64,000 nucleotides of DNA from a virus. Location: positions 32,001 through 96,000 of IMG/VR virus record IMGVR_UViG_3300028392_000038. One strand, written 5' to 3'. Below, piece by piece: positions 48,609 through 56,958 of this stretch. Under the pieces are notes generated by a model. That model was not told where the DNA came from. It did no database searches and was given only the letters and a program-made list of their open reading frames with translations. The first letter of the stretch is position 1. Each line of letters begins with the position of its first letter. A program made the position numbers and the translations under genes.

Positions 48609-49121
48609 CTATTCTCCTAATAAAAAATATTGGAACTTACTAGATATCATATCTAATTCATATTCCAAATCTTTTTTATCAATTATTTTAATAATATCAC
48701 TATTAGGACAAAATACATAATCTTCTGATTGGAGTTCTGCCATAAACTCTACTTTCTTTTCAATAGGTAGTCGCTTAAACTTTCCAAATACCTTATGAAA
48801 TTTGGGAAATAAATCTTTGGAAAGAAAAACTTCCTCATCATATTCTTGTCCTAATCTCATAGGTCCAATTCCTCTTACTCTTATTTGATTAGCAATCTCA
48901 TTATTAGATAAGTTTCTAACCGAAATTGGAATTCTTGTTAGTTTATTTAACATAGGATAAAGTGACCATGAACTAGCACCTCTTTTAATCACATCAGATA
49001 CATTAGGATAATCTATCCATCTTTCAGGACTAATTTGTGAATTAGCTGAGCTAAGATTCAATAGGTATTTATCATTATCATCAGCAGATTCAAATATTTT
49101 GTATTTTTTTAAGTATTTCAC
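48609..49121 (-). CDS. Hypothetical protein (GTG start)
   Basis: Leader MKYLKKYKIFES. Confidence 0.7.
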   Translation of the reverse strand: MKYLKKYKIFESADDNDKYLLNLSSANSQISPERWIDYPNVSDVIKRGASSWSLYPMLNKLTRIPISVRNLSNNEIANQIRVRGIGPMRLGQEYDEEVFLSKDLFPKFHKVFGKFKRLPIEKKVEFMAELQSEDYVFCPNSDIIKIIDKKDLEYELDMISSKFQYFLLGE

Positions 49122-49144
49122 TTCTTATATATAATATATAAGAA
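49122..49144. promoter_or_regulatory. Palindromic divergent promoter spacer
   Basis: TTCTTATATAT-A-ATATATAAGAA is the entire intergenic region. Confidence 0.7.
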
Positions 49145-49810
49145 ATGAAAAAGTTTTCTAAATTAATAACAGAATCAAAACAAGAAACATGGACAAAACA
49201 TCCATTAGTCAATCCTGTTGATTGGGATGAGATATTCAAACCTTTGATAGAACACATTGAAAGTAATCTTATATCAAAAGTTCCACCTCCGGGTGAAGGA
49301 ATTTTTAGTAGTAAAACTAAAGGAGCTTTAGATAATCTAATAGATTCAATTTCTGAAGACTACTCTCAATATTTTCAAAATGTTGTTGCTGATGGATCAC
49401 AAGAATCATTCTTTAGTGCGTATGATATAAAAGTATCTTATAATGATATTATGGATTGTATTCAACCTATTTTAGACCAAACAAATGATATTGAGGATTA
49501 TCCAAATTGGGATGGTGGTTATCTTTACATAGGTGCCAAAAATTTGAACTATAGAAATTTAGAAGAATTTATAGAAGATATAGAAGATATTCATTTAAAG
49601 TTAAAAATGTTGAATGTTGATTATAAAATCCAAATACATACCGATAATACAGATGTGAATCTAATCAAAACATCTACAGATATAACTAAGAAAATAAAAG
49701 ATGTAACTGATTTACCTGGATCATCTTCCGAGAAGGCGGTTAAATCAATTAAGGAAGTTTCAATTTTCATTTTCAATAAAGAAACGGTTCAAGTCGGAGA
49801 TTTAGACTAA
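49145..49810 (+). CDS. Hypothetical protein
   Basis: Leader MKKFSKLITES. Confidence 0.7.
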   Translation: MKKFSKLITESKQETWTKHPLVNPVDWDEIFKPLIEHIESNLISKVPPPGEGIFSSKTKGALDNLIDSISEDYSQYFQNVVADGSQESFFSAYDIKVSYNDIMDCIQPILDQTNDIEDYPNWDGGYLYIGAKNLNYRNLEEFIEDIEDIHLKLKMLNVDYKIQIHTDNTDVNLIKTSTDITKKIKDVTDLPGSSSEKAVKSIKEVSIFIFNKETVQVGDLD

Positions 49811-49811
49811 T

Positions 49812-49837
49812 AAAAAAACCCACTAAAAAGTGGGTTT
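49812..49837. terminator. Intrinsic terminator
   Basis: AAACCCACT-loop-AGTGGGTTT between convergent genes. Confidence 0.75.
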
Positions 49838-49860
49838 AATTTTTTTACAAAAAAATCTAA

Positions 49861-50214
49861 TTATTTCTTTTCAGAAGGTTTAGCTTTTTTCACAGCTGGT
49901 TTAGCAGAAGGTTTAGCAACTGTTTTTGTAGCTGGTTTAACTTGCTTCGCAGCAGGCTTAGCAACTGGTTTTTCAGTCTTAGGTTCAGTCTTTGCTTTAG
50001 ACTTAATATCTTTAGCAGTAACTTTTTTCTCTTCTTTCTTTTCAGCAGCTATTTCAGCTAATCTGTTTTCAATTACTTTAGTTGGTTCTTCAACTTTAGC
50101 TTTCTCAACTTTAGGAGCCTCAGTTTTTTCAACTGTTACAACTGGCTTTTCGGCTATAGTAATAGCTTCTTCTTTCTTTCCAAATAGATTTTTAAAGAAT
50201 GATAATATACTCAT
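49861..50214 (-). CDS. Lys/Ala/Pro-rich (histone H1-like) protein
   Basis: KPVAKPAAKQVKPATKTVAKPSAKPAVKKAKP; amphipathic N-terminus. Confidence 0.65.
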   Translation of the reverse strand: MSILSFFKNLFGKKEEAITIAEKPVVTVEKTEAPKVEKAKVEEPTKVIENRLAEIAAEKKEEKKVTAKDIKSKAKTEPKTEKPVAKPAAKQVKPATKTVAKPSAKPAVKKAKPSEKK

Positions 50215-50324
50215 AATTTAGTTTATTTTTTATTATATATCTATTTCTTTATCTTCCCTCTATAAAAAACCTCAAAAATTCCACAAATTTAAACACTTAG
50301 TATTATTTTATATATAACAATGAG

Positions 50325-51056
50325 ATGAAATTTAGATATGATAAAGAAACTGAAGAAATAGTTGTTACGTCAGCAACTAGAATTGAATACCACCAAGTTG
50401 GTCTTTGGTTAACTCGTCATGTCAAAGGATATAGATATATGCCAGCATTTAAAATGGGTGTTTGGAATGGACAACAAACCTATTTCAAAAATGGTAGAGT
50501 AAATATAGGTCTTTGGAAAGAAGCTATGAGGGGATGTAAAGAAATTGATGCTCCTTTTATTTTAGAAAATAAAGAAGACTTTCCACTAAACAAAGATGTA
50601 ACATTAGAAAAGGTTAAAAACTTCTGTAATGAATTCTTTAAGGATCATAAAGTTAAAACTAAAGATGGTCAATGGGTTCCTTTTACACCCTATGAACATC
50701 AAATAGAATCAGCATTTAAAATACTTAAAAATAGATTCTGTATGGCAGAGGTTGCTACATCTGGTGGTAAGTCACTAATCATATCTATAGTAATGTTTTA
50801 TACATTAAAGAATATGAATCCAGATGCTAAGTTTCTTATCATAGTTCCATCAATTACTTTAGTTACTCAGTTCTATGATGATTTATTAAAAAATTTCCAC
50901 GGAGAGAACAATATTACTAATATATATAATAATTATTATTTGGAGATAGAATTGGTTGATAATACTATTTTAAAATTAAAACCAAATGATAAAATAATAA
51001 CAAAAAATAGAGGAGAAATTTTTGCAAAAGATTTAACTGAGCTAGACGAAATATGA
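50325..51056 (+). CDS. uvsW: UvsW-like SF2 helicase, N-terminal half, with intein-N-like tail
   Basis: GVWNG, PYEHQ (Q motif), ATSGGKS (Walker A), IIVPSITLVTQ (Ia); ends ..TKNRGEIFAKDLTELDEI. Confidence 0.85.
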   Translation: MKFRYDKETEEIVVTSATRIEYHQVGLWLTRHVKGYRYMPAFKMGVWNGQQTYFKNGRVNIGLWKEAMRGCKEIDAPFILENKEDFPLNKDVTLEKVKNFCNEFFKDHKVKTKDGQWVPFTPYEHQIESAFKILKNRFCMAEVATSGGKSLIISIVMFYTLKNMNPDAKFLIIVPSITLVTQFYDDLLKNFHGENNITNIYNNYYLEIELVDNTILKLKPNDKIITKNRGEIFAKDLTELDEI

Positions 51057-52294
51057 GAAAACTGGAGAAAAATGAGATTTTAGAAAAATTCAAAGAAAAG
51101 CACAGTAATAATTATGACTACTCAAAGTTTGAGTATGTCGGTTATCACAAAAAAACAATAATAATATGTAAAATACATGGTGGATTTTTACAAACTCCAT
51201 CTAAGCATATAATAGGACAAGGATGTAAAATATGTAATATTAAATATTCTATTGGTGAGATAAAAGATAAGTTATATAAAATACACGGAGATAAATATGA
51301 TTTTATTTTTGATGATGATGTAATAGATACTAGATCGAAAATAAAAATAAAATGTAATCATGGAATAAAAGAATTACAAATACGATCTTTATTACAAGGA
51401 CAAGGATGTATTTCTTGTAAGGGTAAAAAATGGACAGAGTTTGACCTGAAGAATTATCTAATTAAAATTCATAGTGAATTAGTATATGAAGATGGATTTA
51501 TGAATGGTCAATTTCTAAAAGTTATTTGTAAAGAACATGGTGATTTTAATATTAAAAAGGATAGACATTTAAGTGGACAGGGTTGTCCAAAATGTTCTAA
51601 AAGAAAAAAATATGACCAAACATTTTTTATAGATTCTATTAGTAAAAAATTTAATAATTTAAGTTATGATAATTGTATTTTTATTTCTTTTAATAAAAAG
51701 GTTATAATAACTTGTACAAAACATGGAGATTTTGAAACGTATCCTAGTTATCTATTAAATGGTAATGGTTGTAAAATATGTAGAAATGAAAATAATTCAC
51801 ATTCCAAAGAATATTTTTTACAAAAATGTTTAGAAAGACATCCAGAAATAGATCATAGTATTTTAGAATATAATGGTGTTAATAATAATATTAAATTGAT
51901 TTGTAAGAAACATGGTATATTTGAACAAAAGGCGGGGTATTATTTGAATTATAGCAAAGGTTGTAAATATTGTAATGAGACAAAGGGAGAGAAACAAATT
52001 AGAATTTATTTAGAAAATAACAACCTAAAATATAAACAACAATATAAAAATCATGGATTTATTTTTGATTTTTATATACCAGATTACAATACATATATAG
52101 AGTTTAATGGTAGACAACATTATGAACCTATAGAATTTTTTGGTGGTGTTAAGTCATATAATAAACAATTATCAAAAGATAAATTAAAAGATCAAATTTT
52201 AAAAAATGAGAATATAAAATTGATAAAAATAGGATATTGGCAAATAAATAAAGTTGATTGTATTTTAAAAAAAGAATTAATAAATGAAAATTAA
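51053..52294 (+). CDS. Homing endonuclease (multiple DUF723-like Zn repeats plus Vsr-like domain) inserted within uvsW
   Basis: 5x C..HG.F..G.GC..C-type repeats; FDFYIP..IEFNG.QH; overlaps both helicase halves. Confidence 0.85.
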   Translation: MRKLEKNEILEKFKEKHSNNYDYSKFEYVGYHKKTIIICKIHGGFLQTPSKHIIGQGCKICNIKYSIGEIKDKLYKIHGDKYDFIFDDDVIDTRSKIKIKCNHGIKELQIRSLLQGQGCISCKGKKWTEFDLKNYLIKIHSELVYEDGFMNGQFLKVICKEHGDFNIKKDRHLSGQGCPKCSKRKKYDQTFFIDSISKKFNNLSYDNCIFISFNKKVIITCTKHGDFETYPSYLLNGNGCKICRNENNSHSKEYFLQKCLERHPEIDHSILEYNGVNNNIKLICKKHGIFEQKAGYYLNYSKGCKYCNETKGEKQIRIYLENNNLKYKQQYKNHGFIFDFYIPDYNTYIEFNGRQHYEPIEFFGGVKSYNKQLSKDKLKDQILKNENIKLIKIGYWQINKVDCILKKELINEN

Positions 52295-53285
52295 AAGAAT
52301 ATCTAAAATAAAAATAGATGATGAAATAAGAGTAGAAGAAATAATGTCAGATAGACCAAGAAAATTCTCAGGTACTGAAAATCCTAACTTTTATATTGGC
52401 ACTTATCAATCTTTAGAAAAGTGGCCTAAAACATTTTTTCAGCAATTTCACACGGTGGCTTGTGATGAGGCACATGGTTCAAAAAGTAAGACAATAACAT
52501 CTATTCTAGAAAATACTTTTAAACATGCTTATTCAAGATTTGGAGTCTCTGGTACTTTTCCGGAAGATGATACTTGTGAAATACTAACCATACAATCTGT
52601 ATTAGGTCCAAAGATTACAGAGGTTTCCGCAAATGAATTAAAAGAAAAGGGTATCATCACACCAATGGATATTAAAGTTGTGATAATGAATCATAATGAC
52701 TCTGAATTTGCTGAAAGAATTAATATAATAAAGAAAAGTGGAAATGGTAAAGACGCATTTGATTTAGAAAAAGATTATATTCATATCTCTGAAAGAAGAT
52801 TAGACTTCATTAAAAAGATAGTAGATAAATGTGACTCAAATACATTACTACTATTTCATACAATTGAATATGGTCAAAGTATTTTTAATAAGTTACAGAA
52901 AGAATGCTCTGATAAGGAATTTTATTATATTGATGGTGAGATATCTGGTAAGAAAAGAGAAGTTATTAAAAAAGAAATGGATAAAACCGATGGTAAAACC
53001 AAAGTATTATGTGCGAGTTTTGGGACATTATCTACAGGTGTCTCGATTAATGCCATCTTCAATGTTATATTTGCTGATTCATTTAAGTCAGAACAAATTA
53101 TTATACAATCAATAGGTCGTGCTCTTCGTTTACATGATGATAAAAAGAAAGCTAATATATTTGACTTAGTTGATGTTTTCTCATCAGGTGAGATGTCTAA
53201 TATTTTGTACAGACATTTTAAAGAAAGAGAGAAGTTTTATATTAAAAGACAGTATCCTTATAAAATTACTAAAATTAATCTATAA
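52284..53285 (+). CDS. uvsW: UvsW-like SF2 helicase, C-terminal half, with intein-C-like leader
   Basis: MKIKRISKIKIDD then TYQSL, CDEAH (Walker B), GVSGT (III), STGVSI (V), QSIGRALR (VI). Confidence 0.88.
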   Translation: MKIKRISKIKIDDEIRVEEIMSDRPRKFSGTENPNFYIGTYQSLEKWPKTFFQQFHTVACDEAHGSKSKTITSILENTFKHAYSRFGVSGTFPEDDTCEILTIQSVLGPKITEVSANELKEKGIITPMDIKVVIMNHNDSEFAERINIIKKSGNGKDAFDLEKDYIHISERRLDFIKKIVDKCDSNTLLLFHTIEYGQSIFNKLQKECSDKEFYYIDGEISGKKREVIKKEMDKTDGKTKVLCASFGTLSTGVSINAIFNVIFADSFKSEQIIIQSIGRALRLHDDKKKANIFDLVDVFSSGEMSNILYRHFKEREKFYIKRQYPYKITKINL

Positions 53286-54890
53286 TTACTTACTAGATTG
53301 AGCATCTTCTACATCCTTAGATGTTATTAAAGTGTAAGTAAATTTATTACCATACTTAGCTTTATGTTTATCTAATAGTCCAAATATTTGATCTAAGTGA
53401 GATGGATCTGGTATAACTTGACATCCTTCTGACCAATTATAAACACCATATGTATTTTTACCTTGAGCTCTATTAAATGCTTTATGTATTAACATACCTG
53501 CTGATCCAGAACCTTCCTTACTAAAGGTTAATTTATCATCACCATTTGCAGCATCTCTATAAAACTTTTGAACACCTGGTCTTAAACATTTTTCACCATG
53601 ATACTCACCAATTTGCCAAGAGTCAACATACTGAGCCGGTTTCAATATTCCTAATCCCCCTCTTTCTTTAATTTTAGGTATATCTTTGTGTAGAATAGAG
53701 TACTTACCACCAACCTGAGAATCTCCTTTACTTCCATATTTACCTGGTATAGTAGAGATAGGAAACCAAACAACTTTTGATGCTCCTTCATCATTTTTAT
53801 AAACAAGATAAATTCTATCTTTGAATTGGTTTGAATATCCTTGGCCAGGATATTGATATCTAACTCCAATTATATTCATTTGCCATGCTTTATCATAAAC
53901 AACATATCCTTTTTTCCTAAGAGCTTTCAAAATTGTTTCAGCATCAGCATTTACTTCTTTTGATGCAGGTGGAATATTATCAGCAGTTATAGGTGGCCCA
54001 CCTGGAGTACCTGGTTCGGTGGTGGGTTGATTAACATTACCATTGGTGTCACCAGCAGCAGTAGTTAAAGTACCTTCAATCGGAGTGGCTGACTTAGGTG
54101 TGAAAGTAATAGGTTCTTTCATAACCAACTCATTCTTCTGAATTGTTGATTTCCAAGTATCACCAACTTGACCATCTGTTACTCTATTATCCTGTGTAGG
54201 TATAATAGATGAATCTATATAACCATTGTCATTTAAATTAACATTCTTAGAAAGAAATTTAGGATCTTTAAGAGCTTTATACTTTGCAAGAACATCTATA
54301 AATGATGAATTAGCAACAACCGGAGCTAATAGATTACCTAAGTAAGGTCCATTTAATAAGTTATCTACAAACTCATCAAACCAATTTAAGAAGTTAGTAC
54401 CAAGTATAGCTTGTTGATTTGCATTACCAGAACCAATATTAATAGTACCCATATTATCTTTTAGATTCATATCAATACCACCATCTCTTAAATTTATTTG
54501 AGTTATCTTATAATCTAAAACAACACCCTCTTTATCATTAACAAAAAATTGAGTTTTATGATCAAAGAAAATAGACTTCATTGAAGTATAATCTTTACCA
54601 TCTAAATTTTGTAACTTCTTTTCTAAATTTATATTATAATGTTCAGAATATAAAAATTCAGGTTTGTATATATTTCCTTGATCAAAAACAATAGTAACTA
54701 TTTTACCCTTTTCAGGAACATTAAATCCATTACCATTCAAGTCTTTCCAAGGATTAGCCCAGGGTATATCCTCTGTAGGTATTTCATCAAATATATCCAA
54801 TGCTCTAACTTTAACCCTTCCGAGTTTTTTAGGATCATCATTATCTTCGACTACACCAATATAAGTTTTATTAGCTTCAACTTGAATCAT
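53286..54890 (-). CDS. Baseplate spike protein (gp5-like OB fold) fused to a YkuD-like domain
   Basis: YIGVVEDNDDP.KLGRVKVR..IPWA.P..VP.KG..V..F; C-terminal LIH..WSEGCQV..FTYTLI. Confidence 0.82.
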   Translation of the reverse strand: MIQVEANKTYIGVVEDNDDPKKLGRVKVRALDIFDEIPTEDIPWANPWKDLNGNGFNVPEKGKIVTIVFDQGNIYKPEFLYSEHYNINLEKKLQNLDGKDYTSMKSIFFDHKTQFFVNDKEGVVLDYKITQINLRDGGIDMNLKDNMGTINIGSGNANQQAILGTNFLNWFDEFVDNLLNGPYLGNLLAPVVANSSFIDVLAKYKALKDPKFLSKNVNLNDNGYIDSSIIPTQDNRVTDGQVGDTWKSTIQKNELVMKEPITFTPKSATPIEGTLTTAAGDTNGNVNQPTTEPGTPGGPPITADNIPPASKEVNADAETILKALRKKGYVVYDKAWQMNIIGVRYQYPGQGYSNQFKDRIYLVYKNDEGASKVVWFPISTIPGKYGSKGDSQVGGKYSILHKDIPKIKERGGLGILKPAQYVDSWQIGEYHGEKCLRPGVQKFYRDAANGDDKLTFSKEGSGSAGMLIHKAFNRAQGKNTYGVYNWSEGCQVIPDPSHLDQIFGLLDKHKAKYGNKFTYTLITSKDVEDAQSSK

Positions 54891-54929
54891 AAAATTATAT
54901 ATTAATAAAAAGTTCCTCTTATAATAATT

Positions 54930-56939
54930 TTATAAAGGTCTTTTGGCTTTATTAAATAAATTTGAAATTGACTCACCAACAAAGTTTTCAAAAGCATCTC
55001 TAACCAATTTAGATGATAAATATAATTCACCATTAAATTGTGAGTCATATATATTCTTAGGTGGTAACATAGAATTATACCCGGCACTACTAGCCATAGT
55101 ATTTAGAGTCTTAGTTAAAAGAGCTGTTCTTTTTGCTATAACTTGATTAACAGCAGCAATTCCAGTATTAACAATTCTTTTTGCAAATCTAGCACCAGCA
55201 CTATCAGAGTTTAACCATGATTCTTTTGGTGCTCTGGATTTTTCAGAATCTAGTTCTTTCTTACTTAATTCATCATTCTTTTTCTTAAACTCAGTAGTAA
55301 CTGAATTATCATAGATAAGTTTAAGATTGGATTCTTCTTCCTTACTCATGGACGCATTTTTTTCTTTGAATGTCTCTCCGGGTGGAACAGGTTCATATAA
55401 TAGAGCTGAATTTTCTATTATATTATCACTACTGGCTGATTTTATTCTTGCTATATTAATAGACTTCTTTTCTGTAGAGTTTTTGTCTAGTTCCATTTGA
55501 GATTTTTCATAATCAAAAAAAGATTTTTTCATATCTTCAACAGATCCAACATTTTGCAATGATGAAAATCTTGGATTATTTGATAAATTGGGTTTATCTT
55601 GTCCAGAAGTTTTAACAGCATTTATATCATTTCCTTTATTTGGCGGACCAGATGGGTCTCCTTCACCAGCACCATTAGCGGATGTTTTGTCTTTAAGAGC
55701 ACCATTAGAGTCAGTTCCCATACCATCAGAGTTTTTATTACTTGATTGACTCTGATTTGAGTTATTTTGAGTGTTTGGATCATTTGATACGGTTTGAACA
55801 TCATTATACCTAACAATATCAACAATTGCTTGTGGTACACTGGCAGATACCGCCTCACCAATTGTTGAATTAGTTGAACTAATAGGAACAGTATATTCTA
55901 AAAATCTATCAAAGGGGGTTACTGTAAATGGATTATATGAACCATTATTTAAACTACCATATGCTTCGGATATTGGATCAAAAGCATCTACCCTCATAGT
56001 TGAGTGTTTATATGTAAATCCTACACTATATCCCTCATATGCAGCTGGTTGAGTCGCTAAATCAATAACATCACCGTGTGGCATCTTATCAAAGAATAGT
56101 TGACAATCATATAAAGTATAAACATATCTATTAACATTATCTCTTAATGTTTGTAAACCAGATAATGGATCATCTCCTAAAACATTTTGCAACTTCACAA
56201 AGTTTCTAACTTCCGAAACTATTATATCACAATCAAACCTTAATAGGTTCTCCGGAATCATAGTTTTTCCAGACATTCTAGACCAATAAAGTGATTTGTA
56301 AAGGGCAGCCATTCTACCTACTCTTAAAGTAACATCTTCTGTGAAATCCAACTTAATCATATCTTTACCATAATCAACAAATGAGTTTGGTGTCTCCATA
56401 GTATTTGCTTCTACTAATCCATCTAACCCAGTTACTTTAGTTAGATAATAATAGAATCTAGAATTAACTGGGTTATCAGGATCTGCTGATTGACCAAGTG
56501 GTTGTGTATCTAAATTAGATCTAAAAAATTGAAAAAATGTTTTCTTAAAACTTTCCCAAACAACCCTTCTTGATACCATTTCATCACTTGTTACAATATT
56601 ACTATCAAAAAAACTCTGAACACTTTCTTGAATAACTGATGAAAAAAGAGGAGACTCTTGAGTTCTGATTATCAAATCAAATCCAAACATTACGGGATCT
56701 TCCTTAGCCGCTCTATTACCAGTATCTGGTCCAAATGGTGAATAATCTACAGTATTCTTAAATAAGTCTAATGGTATTTGACTAACCTCTGATAAGCCAT
56801 GTCTGAAAAGATCTTGACCACCATCATTGAAAAGAGCATATAAATTTCTAGTTGGTATGGGTTTAGGACCACCTCTTTCAAATGGTGATGTTGTAAGATT
56901 CTTATCAAATCTTTCTTTGGTTGTTAGAAATTTTGCCAT
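54930..56939 (-). CDS. Putative baseplate/tail-tube-associated protein
   Basis: EDPVMFGF, IPENLLRFDC.I.VSE.R; baseplate context. Confidence 0.55.
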   Translation of the reverse strand: MAKFLTTKERFDKNLTTSPFERGGPKPIPTRNLYALFNDGGQDLFRHGLSEVSQIPLDLFKNTVDYSPFGPDTGNRAAKEDPVMFGFDLIIRTQESPLFSSVIQESVQSFFDSNIVTSDEMVSRRVVWESFKKTFFQFFRSNLDTQPLGQSADPDNPVNSRFYYYLTKVTGLDGLVEANTMETPNSFVDYGKDMIKLDFTEDVTLRVGRMAALYKSLYWSRMSGKTMIPENLLRFDCDIIVSEVRNFVKLQNVLGDDPLSGLQTLRDNVNRYVYTLYDCQLFFDKMPHGDVIDLATQPAAYEGYSVGFTYKHSTMRVDAFDPISEAYGSLNNGSYNPFTVTPFDRFLEYTVPISSTNSTIGEAVSASVPQAIVDIVRYNDVQTVSNDPNTQNNSNQSQSSNKNSDGMGTDSNGALKDKTSANGAGEGDPSGPPNKGNDINAVKTSGQDKPNLSNNPRFSSLQNVGSVEDMKKSFFDYEKSQMELDKNSTEKKSINIARIKSASSDNIIENSALLYEPVPPGETFKEKNASMSKEEESNLKLIYDNSVTTEFKKKNDELSKKELDSEKSRAPKESWLNSDSAGARFAKRIVNTGIAAVNQVIAKRTALLTKTLNTMASSAGYNSMLPPKNIYDSQFNGELYLSSKLVRDAFENFVGESISNLFNKAKRPL

Positions 56940-56958
56940 AGTGTTCTATATATTAATT

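Noticed and set aside
50934-52330. Functional split intein or self-splicing intron in uvsW
   Set aside because: No block A nucleophile, TxxH, block F or terminal His-Asn plus C/S/T; the ORFs overlap, leaving no non-coding ribozyme sequence.
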